Of a DNA stretch of 63,535 nt, positions 52,702 to 61,756 are shown in pieces. Every line of letters starts with the position of its first letter. The first letter of the stretch is position 1. Source of the DNA: Eubacteriales bacterium (lineage in GTDB: Bacteria; Bacillota; JASUSC01); contig JASUSC010000001.1 of assembly GCA_030446285.1 (NCBI GenBank), forward strand, positions 1-63,535, written 5' to 3'. The notes beneath the pieces were generated by a model. It was given only the letters and a program-made list of their open reading frames with translations. It had not been told where the DNA came from and made no database searches. Made by a program: the position numbers and the translations under genes.

Positions 52702-54378
52702 ATGTACTATACCCGCTGGAACCGCACGGTTAAACTTTTTTATTTTTTTGCTTTTCTCCTTTTCCTTTTTCTGCTAAGGCTGGGTTATTTGCAGGTGTTC
52801 TGCCACCGCTCCTTTACCCTTTTGGCCCGGGATCAGAACACTTCCTGGGTAGCCTTGGAGGAAGTTTCCCGTGGTCATATCCGCGACCGTTATGGTCGCC
52901 CCCTCACCGCCGGTGGGAAGGAGTACAGGCTGGCCTTTTTCCCATCCTTAGTACGCAGCCGGGAGCGGGTGGAAGGGGTTCTCCGCAGGTATCTTTCCTC
53001 AGAGGAAAGGGCGAAAGTGTGGGAGGTGGGGCCTACTCTCTTGCCTGTAATCCTTTCCCGGGATGAGGCGAAAGAGATCCAGAATACCCTTCCGCCGGGG
53101 CTTATGGTGGTTGAGGTGGAGAAAAGATACCGCTCACCCCAACCGGCGGCCAACACGGTGGGCTATGTTGGTCCTTTGGCACCGGGGGAAGGAGAGGAGC
53201 TTTCCCGCTTAACTGGCCGCCTTTACCGGACAGACGATGTTACAGGAAAAAGCGGTCTGGAGAAGTATTATGAGGCCTATCTTAAAGGAGAACGGCCGGA
53301 GAGGGTTCTCCGGCTTTACGTGGACGGCCTGGGCCGGGTTGTTCCCGGCCTGGGAATCAGGGAGGAAAAAACGGTCGATTTTTCCCGGCAGGACGTGTAC
53401 TTAACCCTGGATTTGACAATCCAGGAGAAAGTGGAGAAAATTTTAGACCGGCACAGGATTAAAGAGGGAGCAGTGGTGGTACTGGATCCAGCCAACGGGG
53501 ATCTTCTCGCCCTGGCTTCGCGACCGGCCCTGGATCCCCGGGCGCCGGGAAGGTTCCTTAAGCAGGAGGGAGTTTTTCTGGATCCGGCCGTTCAGCTCTA
53601 CCAGCCTGGCTCTGTTTTCAAAATAGCCGTGGCGGCAGCGGCTCTAGAAAAAGGAGTGGTAAAACCGGAGGATAAATTTTTCTGTGCGGGAGAGAAGGAG
53701 CCCCTCATTCCCTGCTATGAAAAAAAAGGCCACGGCTTCTTGGACTTTGCCACGGCCATGGCAGTTTCTTGTAATCCTGTTTTTGCCCGGGTGGCTCTTC
53801 GTACCGGGGCAGAGGCTATCATTGAACAAGTGCAGCGGTTAGGACTGGACTGCCAGGAGATAATCGGTTACCCCTTTCCGCCTGACGATCGACAAAACTG
53901 GACGGCCATTGCCCAGCCCTACAACTTAGCCAACAGCGGCATCGGCCAGGGGCCGGTTCTTACCACCCCCGTTCAGGTGGCGGCTATGACGGCAGCGGTG
54001 GCCAACGGCGGCTACTACCACCAGCCGCGATTGGTTTTAAAGGTGGTCGGCCGGGAAGGAACGACGGTAAAGTTTGGGCAAGGAAGGACATGGCGGGCTT
54101 TATCTCCCCCCACGGCGGCAGAATTGAAAAAGATGATGTACCTGGTTACTACTGCCGGGAGCGGACGGGAAGCGTGGGTGAAGGGTGGCAGTGCCGGCAA
54201 AACCGGTTCTGCCCAGGTGGGGGGAAAAGAGAAGGAGATATACGCCTGGTTCACCGGTTTTGCTCCCTATGACAGGCCACGCTACGTGGTGACGGTGCTG
54301 GTTAAGGGAGGGGAGAGCGGCGGGAAGACGGCTGCCCCCCTTTTCCGGGAAATTATCCAGGAACTTTTGTCTTCGTAA
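52702..54378 (+). CDS. class B penicillin-binding protein (PBP2/SpoVD-type transpeptidase)
   Basis: N-terminal TM segment and the SxxK (GSVFK), SxN (SCN) and KTG (GKTGSA) motifs. Confidence 0.9.
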   Translation: MYYTRWNRTVKLFYFFAFLLFLFLLRLGYLQVFCHRSFTLLARDQNTSWVALEEVSRGHIRDRYGRPLTAGGKEYRLAFFPSLVRSRERVEGVLRRYLSSEERAKVWEVGPTLLPVILSRDEAKEIQNTLPPGLMVVEVEKRYRSPQPAANTVGYVGPLAPGEGEELSRLTGRLYRTDDVTGKSGLEKYYEAYLKGERPERVLRLYVDGLGRVVPGLGIREEKTVDFSRQDVYLTLDLTIQEKVEKILDRHRIKEGAVVVLDPANGDLLALASRPALDPRAPGRFLKQEGVFLDPAVQLYQPGSVFKIAVAAAALEKGVVKPEDKFFCAGEKEPLIPCYEKKGHGFLDFATAMAVSCNPVFARVALRTGAEAIIEQVQRLGLDCQEIIGYPFPPDDRQNWTAIAQPYNLANSGIGQGPVLTTPVQVAAMTAAVANGGYYHQPRLVLKVVGREGTTVKFGQGRTWRALSPPTAAELKKMMYLVTTAGSGREAWVKGGSAGKTGSAQVGGKEKEIYAWFTGFAPYDRPRYVVTVLVKGGESGGKTAAPLFREIIQELLSS

Positions 54379-54385
54379 GAGAGTT

Positions 54386-55798
54386 CTAACCGGCCGGAAG
54401 CTTGACGCAAAGAACTTTTTTCTCTTTTTCTGGGCAAGTCGGTCCCTGGATAAATCCGCCTTGCTGGGCGAGAAAGTGTCTGGCGGTGGTGAGGTGGTTG
54501 GCGGCCAGGTCCGGTTTATCAGCTTCATTTTCTCCGCCGGAAGCCGCTTTTACTGCTAAGGGAGCGATTTCAAAGTAAATGGCAATCATTTTTTCTCCGG
54601 GGTGGTAGCAGGTTTTTACGGTAAGCCGACTTTGGTGGGGACAGCGGGTGAGGAGATAGAGAAAAACTTTACGCAGGACCAAGACGATACTATTTTTCTC
54701 AACTCCAGCAGGGGGAAGAAAAGGACAGAACTTGGTTTTGATTTCAATCCCCTGCCGGGATAAAAAGGGTTGCATTTCTCGCAGGACAGCCTGGATAAGG
54801 GAATGAACGTTTTCCTGCTGATGGGATCGGAGAGGACGGTGGGCAAGGGCTATCATTTCTTCGACGACACTGTTTGCTTCCTGGATTTCGGTCTGGATTA
54901 GGGGAATAAGTTGGTGTTCTCGGCTTTCCGGCGGCAGTTTATCTTTCATCAACTGGAGAAAACAGTTTACCGAAGTGAGAGGATTGCGCAGACGGTGGGC
55001 TACGGTGGCCGCCATTTCCTGCAGGGCTTGTTGCCTGCCAGCGTTGGTGGGATTTTCTTCTCCTAAGAAGGCTACAGCTCCTTGTAAGAGGCAATTGTCA
55101 CTGAGCAGAGGGAAGGTGGAAAAGGGGAAGGTTTGCTCTTCACCGGCGGGGCCTATTTCCCGGGAGCAGCACGGCGAAAGGGTGTGCAGGGTTTCCTTGA
55201 GGGCATGGCGGAGGTGAGGGAGTTTGCGGAGGCCAACGGTCAAGTTTTCCCCCGTCACCTGATACCCTTTCAGCCCGGTGATTTTCTCTGCTGCCCGGTT
55301 GAAAAGAATAATTTTCTCTTCCGGATTTACCACCACCAGCCCTGTGGATAGAGAATCGAGGACGAGAGGTGCGATGTTTTCCAGTTCGGCGCGGGCTGTC
55401 TGGGCTTGCATGTTTTCGATAAAAGTGAGGGTTCCATTGACTATATCGCGGCAGGAGTAGGGGATGACGTGGAGAAGAGCGGGAAAGGTTTGCTGATTTT
55501 TGCCGGTGATAACCACGCGGGTGTTGATACTGAACTGGTGTTCCAGAACCAGGGGATGGGCGTTGATATTTTTGCCCGGGACCAGTTTTGCCATGACGGT
55601 ATCAATCCTGTGGCCCAAAATTTCTTCACGACTGTAGCCGGTGAGGTAAAAAAAGGCCTCACTGGCGAAAAGGATCCGGTGGTGGCTGTCAGCAATCAGA
55701 ACGGGCAGGGGTAATTGGTCCAGGGCGGAAAAATCCGGGTGGGGGCAAAGGACGTAACGCTGGTAGGGGGGTTTTTCTCGTAAAAGCGAGGCAGGCAC
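54386..55798 (-). CDS. PAS-domain HisKA protein with degenerate ATPase domain (orphan sensor kinase-like)
   Basis: Two PAS-like modules and the H-box VAHRLRNPLTSV. The C-terminal domain lacks recognisable N, G1 (DxGxG) and G2 (GxGLGL) boxes. GTG start at 55798 after ACGGAGGGA. No response regulator is adjacent. Confidence 0.75.
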   Translation of the reverse strand: MPASLLREKPPYQRYVLCPHPDFSALDQLPLPVLIADSHHRILFASEAFFYLTGYSREEILGHRIDTVMAKLVPGKNINAHPLVLEHQFSINTRVVITGKNQQTFPALLHVIPYSCRDIVNGTLTFIENMQAQTARAELENIAPLVLDSLSTGLVVVNPEEKIILFNRAAEKITGLKGYQVTGENLTVGLRKLPHLRHALKETLHTLSPCCSREIGPAGEEQTFPFSTFPLLSDNCLLQGAVAFLGEENPTNAGRQQALQEMAATVAHRLRNPLTSVNCFLQLMKDKLPPESREHQLIPLIQTEIQEANSVVEEMIALAHRPLRSHQQENVHSLIQAVLREMQPFLSRQGIEIKTKFCPFLPPAGVEKNSIVLVLRKVFLYLLTRCPHQSRLTVKTCYHPGEKMIAIYFEIAPLAVKAASGGENEADKPDLAANHLTTARHFLAQQGGFIQGPTCPEKEKKVLCVKLPAG

Positions 55799-55987
55799 GG
55801 CTATCCCTCCGTTTTGTGAACAAATGTGCGATTGGCAGTGCACACAAAAAAAATTATACCACCTACCTCTTGAAAATTCTGTCAAAATATGTCGAGAAGA
55901 CCGCCGGTTGCAGAAAAAATTTATTTCGGTTAGAATTTTAGTAAGTTTTTATTTGTTTTTATTTTTCCAGAGAGGAGCTGAGTTAAG

Positions 55988-57346
55988 TTGGAGGAAACCA
56001 AAATTTTGCTGGCAGAGAAGGACATGCCCAGGTTCTGGTACAATATCCAGGCAGATATGCCCAATTTACCCCCACCTCCCCTGCATCCGCAAACGAAAAA
56101 GCCACTGGAGGCGAAGGATCTGCAGGCCATTTTTCCGCCCGATTTAATCGAGCAGGAGATGAGCCGGGAGCGGTGGATTGAGATTCCCGAGGAAGTTTTG
56201 GAGATTTACAAACTGTGGCGTCCCTCGCCCCTTTTCCGGGCGCGGCGGCTGGAGAAAGTCCTCGACACTCCAGCAAAGATTTACTACAAGTACGAAGGGG
56301 TAAGTCCGGCCGGAAGTCACAAACCCAACACCTCCATTCCCCAGGCTTATTACAACAAGAAAGCGGGAATTAAAAGATTGGCAACGGAGACGGGCGCAGG
56401 TCAGTGGGGGACGGCTTTGAGCTTAGCCTGCCGCTTTTTCGGTCTTGAATGCACAGTTTACATGGTCAAGGTGAGCTACCAGCAGAAACCGTACCGGCGC
56501 ATCCTCATGGCCACCTACGGGGCGGAAGTGGTTCCCAGCCCCAGTGACCGCACCGAGGCAGGGCGGAAAGTGCTGGCCGAAAATCCCGATTCTCCGGGCA
56601 GTTTGGGAATTGCTATTAGCGAAGCTGTAGAAGATGCGGTGGGGCGGGAGGACACCAACTATGCCCTGGGCAGCGTCCTCAACCATGTTATTCTTCACCA
56701 GACAGTAATTGGCCTGGAGGCAAAGGAGCAGCTGGCCCGGGTTGATGAATATCCAGACGTGGTCATCGGCTGCTGCGGCGGTGGCAGCAACTTTGCCGGA
56801 ATTGCCTTCCCCTTCCTCTACGACCGTTTCCGGGAAGGACGGAAAGTAAGGGCGGTAGCGGTGGAACCGGCGGCTTGCCCCACCCTGACGAAGGGAGTTT
56901 TTGCCTACGACTACGGCGATACGGCCATGCTTACCCCCATTAATATGATGTACACCCTGGGGCACGATTTCGTTCCGCCCGGCATTCACGCTGGCGGTCT
57001 GCGCTATCACGGGGACTCCCCTCTGGTCAGCCAGCTTTACCACGACGGGTTTATCGAGGCCCGGGCGTACGGGCAGAATCAGTGTTTTGAAGCGGCCGTG
57101 CTTTTTGCCCGCACCGAGGGAATTTTGCCGGCGCCAGAGTCGTCCCACGCCATTAAGGGTGCCATTGATGAGGCCCTGCGCTGCCGGGAGGAAGAACGGA
57201 GCGAGGTAATTCTTTTCTGCCTGAGTGGCAACGGTTATTTGGATTTACAGGCTTACGATGACTACCTCAACGGAAAACTGGAGGATATTGAGTATTCTCC
57301 TGAATTGCTGAAGTGTTCTCTGGAAAAACTGCCGCGGATTGAGTAG
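55988..57346 (+). CDS. TrpB-like PLP-dependent enzyme (tryptophan synthase beta, TrpB2 type)
   Basis: [13 protein letters not shown].., [16 protein letters not shown] (PLP lysine), [11 protein letters not shown]; 452 aa. No trpA is adjacent. Confidence 0.85.
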   Translation: MEETKILLAEKDMPRFWYNIQADMPNLPPPPLHPQTKKPLEAKDLQAIFPPDLIEQEMSRERWIEIPEEVLEIYKLWRPSPLFRARRLEKVLDTPAKIYYKYEGVSPAGSHKPNTSIPQAYYNKKAGIKRLATETGAGQWGTALSLACRFFGLECTVYMVKVSYQQKPYRRILMATYGAEVVPSPSDRTEAGRKVLAENPDSPGSLGIAISEAVEDAVGREDTNYALGSVLNHVILHQTVIGLEAKEQLARVDEYPDVVIGCCGGGSNFAGIAFPFLYDRFREGRKVRAVAVEPAACPTLTKGVFAYDYGDTAMLTPINMMYTLGHDFVPPGIHAGGLRYHGDSPLVSQLYHDGFIEARAYGQNQCFEAAVLFARTEGILPAPESSHAIKGAIDEALRCREEERSEVILFCLSGNGYLDLQAYDDYLNGKLEDIEYSPELLKCSLEKLPRIE

Positions 57347-57377
57347 AATCCTTCGGCCAAACAGGAGATGATTTTCA

Positions 57378-57677
57378 ATGCTCGAGCTTACCGGCAAACA
57401 GAAACGGTACCTTCGCTCCCTGGCGGTTAAGGAAGAACCCATTCTCCAGATAGGGAAGGGCGGAATAAATGAAGCGGTAATAAAACAACTGGACGACGCC
57501 TTAGAGGCCAGAGAGCTGGTCAAAGTGCGCCTGCTCCGCAACTGCCCGCTGACCCAGGAGGAAGCGGGAGAAAAGATGGCCGAGGCCACCGGGGCCTGCC
57601 TGGTCCAGGTAGTGGGTTCGGTCCTGGTTTTTTACCGTCCTTCCCGGGAGAAACCGCCCCGGATCGTTCTTCCTTAA
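57378..57677 (+). CDS. yhbY: ribosome assembly RNA-binding protein YhbY (CRM domain)
   Basis: LTGKQKRYLRSLA..PILQIGKGGINEAVIKQLDDALEARELVKV. Confidence 0.88.
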   Translation: MLELTGKQKRYLRSLAVKEEPILQIGKGGINEAVIKQLDDALEARELVKVRLLRNCPLTQEEAGEKMAEATGACLVQVVGSVLVFYRPSREKPPRIVLP

Positions 57678-57701
57678 GCCGCTATAGGGATTTGTTTTTG
57701 G

Positions 57702-58865
57702 TTGGGGGGAGAGGATGTGGAGGCAAAAGAAGAGGAGAAAATTCGGCGGGAAACGGTAGAGAGGGCAAAAACGGTGGTGGTAAAAGTAGGTTCTTCTACC
57801 ATTACTCACCGGACGGGGAAGCTTAACTTAGAGCGGATGGAGAAGTTGGTGCGGCAGTTGGCCGATCTCCACCATGAGGGCCGGCGGGTTTTGCTGGTTA
57901 CTTCGGGAGCAGTAGGGGCGGGGATGGGCAAGCTGGGCCTTACCCGTCGTCCCCGCACTATGCCGGAGAAGCAGGCTTGTGCCGCCGTGGGGCAGGGTAT
58001 TCTCATGCATATGTATGAAAAACTGTTCGCTGAGTATGGAATAGTGGTGGCTCAGGTGCTTCTTACCCGGGACGACTTTTCGTCCCGACCCCGGTTTCTC
58101 AACGCGCGCCACGCTCTCCACACCCTCCTGCAGATGGGGGTTATCCCCATTGTTAATGAAAACGACACCGTGGCCACAGAGGAGATCCGATTGGGGGACA
58201 ACGACACCCTTTCGGCGATGGTGGCCGCTTTAGTGGAAGCGGATCTTCTCCTTCTTCTCTCTGATATTGACGGTCTATACACGGCTAACCCCCGCCAGGA
58301 TAAGACGGCCCAGCTGATCGAGTTTGTCCGGGAAATCACTCCCGAGCTGGAGAGATCGGCCGGGGGAGCAGGAAGCCAGTTGGGAACAGGAGGAATGGTG
58401 ACCAAACTGCAGGCAGCACGGATTGCCACCAGTTCTGGCGTAGCGATGGTTATCGCCAACGGCAGCCGGGAAAACGTTATCCGGACGATAATGAGGGGAG
58501 AGAAAATTGGAACTTTTTTCCTACCCCGGGAAACCCCCCTCCAGATGCGCAAAAAGTGGCTGGCCTTTGGTGCTGCTCTCCAGGGGGAGCTGGTGGTAGA
58601 TGAAGGAGCGGAAAAGGCTCTGGTCGAAAAAGGAAAAAGCCTTCTTCCTTCCGGAATTGTGGAAGTGCGAGGGGAGTTTGAAGCTGGCACCCCGGTGCGA
58701 ATAGTTAACCGTCAAGGGCGGGAGCTGGCCCGGGGGATAGTTAATTACCGGGCTGACGAGATCAGAAAGATCATGGGCAAAAAAACAGCGGAAATTCCCC
58801 GGGTTTTGGGATACAAGGATTACGATGAAGTGGTCCATCGCAACAATATGGTCCTTTCGTGTTAA
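57702..58865 (+). CDS. proB: glutamate 5-kinase (with C-terminal PUA domain)
   Basis: [42 protein letters not shown], and a PUA region [13 protein letters not shown]. The exact start is uncertain (TTG 57702 or GTG 57717). Confidence 0.9.
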   Translation: MGGEDVEAKEEEKIRRETVERAKTVVVKVGSSTITHRTGKLNLERMEKLVRQLADLHHEGRRVLLVTSGAVGAGMGKLGLTRRPRTMPEKQACAAVGQGILMHMYEKLFAEYGIVVAQVLLTRDDFSSRPRFLNARHALHTLLQMGVIPIVNENDTVATEEIRLGDNDTLSAMVAALVEADLLLLLSDIDGLYTANPRQDKTAQLIEFVREITPELERSAGGAGSQLGTGGMVTKLQAARIATSSGVAMVIANGSRENVIRTIMRGEKIGTFFLPRETPLQMRKKWLAFGAALQGELVVDEGAEKALVEKGKSLLPSGIVEVRGEFEAGTPVRIVNRQGRELARGIVNYRADEIRKIMGKKTAEIPRVLGYKDYDEVVHRNNMVLSC

Positions 58866-58882
58866 TGAAGGGAGGTTTTAAC

Positions 58883-60136
58883 GTGCGGGAAGAACTCATG
58901 GCGATGGGAGCCAGAGCACGGGAGGCGGCACGGGTTCTGGCCCGAACTTCGACGGCGGTAAAAAATGAAGCCCTCAAAAGGATGGCAGCAGCCTTGCGAG
59001 AAGAGAAAACTACCATTCTCCAGGCCAACGCTCTCGATATGGAGGCGGCGGAAAAAGCCAGGCTTTCTACGGCTCTGAAGGACCGACTCCTTCTCAACGA
59101 CAGGCGGATCGAGGAGATGGCCTGCGGGCTGGAAGCTATTGTGAGTCTGCCCGACCCCGTGGGTGAAGTAATTTCCATGTGGACCAGGCCCAACGGTCTC
59201 CAGATTGGCAAGATGCGCGTTCCTCTGGGAGTGGTCGGAATTATTTACGAGGCCCGTCCCAACGTGACGGTAGATGCTGCCGGATTGTGTTTGAAAACCG
59301 GTAATGCTGTTATTCTGCGAGGAGGCAAAGAAGCTATCAATTCCAACCGAGCTATTGTTCGGGTAATCAGCCGGGCGGCAGAAGCAGCCGGGATACCGGC
59401 GGGCGCCATCCAGTTGGTGGAACGGACAGAACGGGAAGCAGCTCTCCTTTTAATGAAGATGAACGAGTACCTCGATGTGCTTATTCCCCGGGGTGGTGCG
59501 GGGCTTATCAGAAGTGTGATCGAAAACGCCACTGTGCCCGTGATCGAGACCGGGGTTGGCAACTGCCATGTTTACGTGGACAAAGATGCCGACCTGGCTA
59601 AAGCAGAGGCTATTGTAATCAACGCTAAGACCCAACGGCCCGGGGTCTGCAATGCGGCGGAAACTCTCCTGGTCCACGCAGCCGTTGCGGCAGAATTTTT
59701 GCCTCCTTTGCTGCATAAACTGAGGGATGTGTACCAGGTGGAGATCAGAGGTGATGAGCGCACGCGGGAGCTGGTACCCTGGGTGAAGGAGGCTACGGAA
59801 GAAGACTACTACACTGAGTTTCTCGATCTAATCCTAGCCGTACGGGTAGTAGCAGATATCGACGAGGCTATTGCCCATATTGCCAAGTACGGTACCAAAC
59901 ATTCAGAGGCCATTGTCACGGAGAACTACAGTAACGCCAGGAAATTTCTCCAGGAAGTGGATGCAGCGGCGGTTTATGTCAACGCGTCTACCCGCTTTAC
60001 CGATGGTTTTCAGTTCGGCTTTGGGGCAGAAATTGGCATTAGCACCCAGAAACTCCATGCCCGCGGGCCCATGGGTCTGCCGGAGCTGACCAGCGTTAAA
60101 TACATAATTTTTGGCGACGGCCAGATCCGGGAGTAA
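58883..60136 (+). CDS. proA: glutamate-5-semialdehyde dehydrogenase
   Basis: [45 protein letters not shown] at 58883, 7 nt after GAAGGAGGT. Confidence 0.92.
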   Translation: MREELMAMGARAREAARVLARTSTAVKNEALKRMAAALREEKTTILQANALDMEAAEKARLSTALKDRLLLNDRRIEEMACGLEAIVSLPDPVGEVISMWTRPNGLQIGKMRVPLGVVGIIYEARPNVTVDAAGLCLKTGNAVILRGGKEAINSNRAIVRVISRAAEAAGIPAGAIQLVERTEREAALLLMKMNEYLDVLIPRGGAGLIRSVIENATVPVIETGVGNCHVYVDKDADLAKAEAIVINAKTQRPGVCNAAETLLVHAAVAAEFLPPLLHKLRDVYQVEIRGDERTRELVPWVKEATEEDYYTEFLDLILAVRVVADIDEAIAHIAKYGTKHSEAIVTENYSNARKFLQEVDAAAVYVNASTRFTDGFQFGFGAEIGISTQKLHARGPMGLPELTSVKYIIFGDGQIRE

Positions 60137-60229
60137 ATATACTAAAATTTTTTAAAAAATCAGCCATAAGGCCAGAAAATGGGAGTTTTTAACTTGTTCT
60201 GGCTTTTAGAATTGGCTAAAATTATAATT

Positions 60230-60396
60230 AGAACCTTCAACACGGGGAATAATAGACAAACGAGGCGGTTATTTACAACTTACAAACGGGCCGGAGAAAA
60301 ACCTGGAGGACGGGTGGCAATCTTGCGGCGGGTGGACGGAAGAGGATTTCCCTTGACAAAATGGCTGGGCGTGAAGCTAAATCCTGCTGGGGAAGA
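60230..60396 (+). promoter_or_regulatory. candidate cis-regulatory leader (riboswitch/attenuator-like), unclassified
   Basis: Noncoding stretch between a possible promoter (TTGTTC-17-TAAAAT at 60194-60222) and a strong terminator. GAAAAACC at 60295-60302 can pair with GGTTTTTC (60398-60405) in the terminator 5' arm, giving an antiterminator alternative. Confidence 0.35.
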
Positions 60397-60434
60397 GGGT
60401 TTTTCGAGCTTGGCCCGAAAAACCCTTATTTTTT
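60397..60434 (+). terminator. intrinsic terminator immediately upstream of the GT4 gene
   Basis: 10-bp stem GGGTTTTTCG / CGAAAAACCC with a 9-nt loop, followed by TTATTTTTT, ending 33 nt before the GT4 start codon. Confidence 0.8.
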
Positions 60435-60466
60435 GGCCAATTAGTTAAACTGTTGGAGGGATGCTG

Positions 60467-61671
60467 ATGAAGAAAATAGCTATGCTCCACTGGGCCTTTC
60501 CCCCGATCATTGGCGGAGTGGAAACCCATCTGGTTTTGCTTTGCCCCGAGCTGATCAAGCGAGGATGGCAGGTGGAGCTTCTTACAGGAGCAATAGAAGG
60601 CAGGTATGAGGAGTACGTGTGGGAGGGGATGCGGGTAAAGCGGACCCCCCTCATGGACCTAAACTCCTTAAACCCGGAAAAAATTAAAGCTTTAAAAGAT
60701 CAGATCAAAGAAGAGCTGGAACAGTTTATTGAAGAAGTCAATCCCGATATCATTCACGCTCACAACATGCACTACTTCAGTCCCGTTCATGCCAGAGTTC
60801 TTGATGAGATCAAACGCAAACGGGAAATCCCGCTGGTTCTCACTTCCCACAATGTTTGGGAAGATGAGCTCTGGAATGAAATGAATCGTCTGGCGGATAT
60901 CTGGGACATGGTGATTTCCGTCAGCCAGTACATAAAAGATGAGATGGTTAAGGTGGGCTACCGCGCCGGCCGGATTGTAGTAGAGTGCACCACGGTATCG
61001 ACCATCGTCGCTTTCATCCGCCGACGGAAGAGGAGTATACTGCAGCCCGGCGGCGCTATCCAGCCTTAGGGGACCGGCCGGTTATTTTCCATCCGGCCCG
61101 GATGAGCCTGGACAAGGGGTGCCACATCAGTGTAAAGGCCCTGCGCATTATCAAGGAAAGAGTGCCCGATGTGATGCTGGTGCTGGCTGGAACCGGGAAG
61201 ACGGTGGACTGGGGGTCCCATCAGCCGAAACATGTGCGGATGATCATGGATATGATCGAAGAGTATGGCCTGAAAGACAACGTTTATGTTCAGTTTTTCC
61301 CCTGGGAAGAGATCCCCTACATGTACCAAGCTGCCGATATCTGTATTTATCCATCCTGCTTTGAGGAACCTTTCGGCCTAGTAATGTTAGAGGCCATGGC
61401 TACCGGCCGGCCCATTGTTGTCAGCAGAGCCGGGGGAATGCCGGAAGTGGTCAAGGACGGCCAGAACGGGTTTATCGTTGAGATGAAAAACGAAGAAGAG
61501 TTGGCCGACCGCTGCCTCCAGTTGCTGCTTAATCCCGATTTGGCCGAAGCCATGGGCAAAAAAGGCCGGGAACTGGTTGAAAAATACTACACCAAAGAAA
61601 TAATGACGGAAAAAACGATAAATGTCTACGAAATGGCTTTGGAAAACAAGTACTACCGGCTGGGAAGATAA
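60467..61671 (+). pseudogene. GT4 (group 1) glycosyltransferase with an internal frameshift
   Basis: The N-terminal frame (..HWAFPPIIGGVETH..VGYRAGRIVV) and the C-terminal frame (HHGIDHRRFHP...EPFGLVMLEAMATGRPIVVSRAGGMPEVV) are both family-typical. They are offset by a frameshift at ~60985-60995. Confidence 0.7.
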
Positions 61672-61756
61672 TTTTGACCTATTTTTCCGTTTTTAATTAA
61701 AGATACGGAAATGACGCGGAAAAAATCTGGCCCGCTGAGGGAGAAAGGGTGGCAGC

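Noticed and set aside
60353-60382. TTGACA-18-CTAAAT promoter-like sequence
   Set aside because: A transcript from it would begin only a few nt before the terminator stem and consist of little more than the hairpin. It is probably fortuitous, or part of the leader structure.
60179-60448. 89-aa + strand ORF between proA and the GT4 gene
   Set aside because: It spans a promoter-like sequence and a strong intrinsic terminator. It has no RBS and a basic, low-complexity product, so the region is better explained as a noncoding leader.
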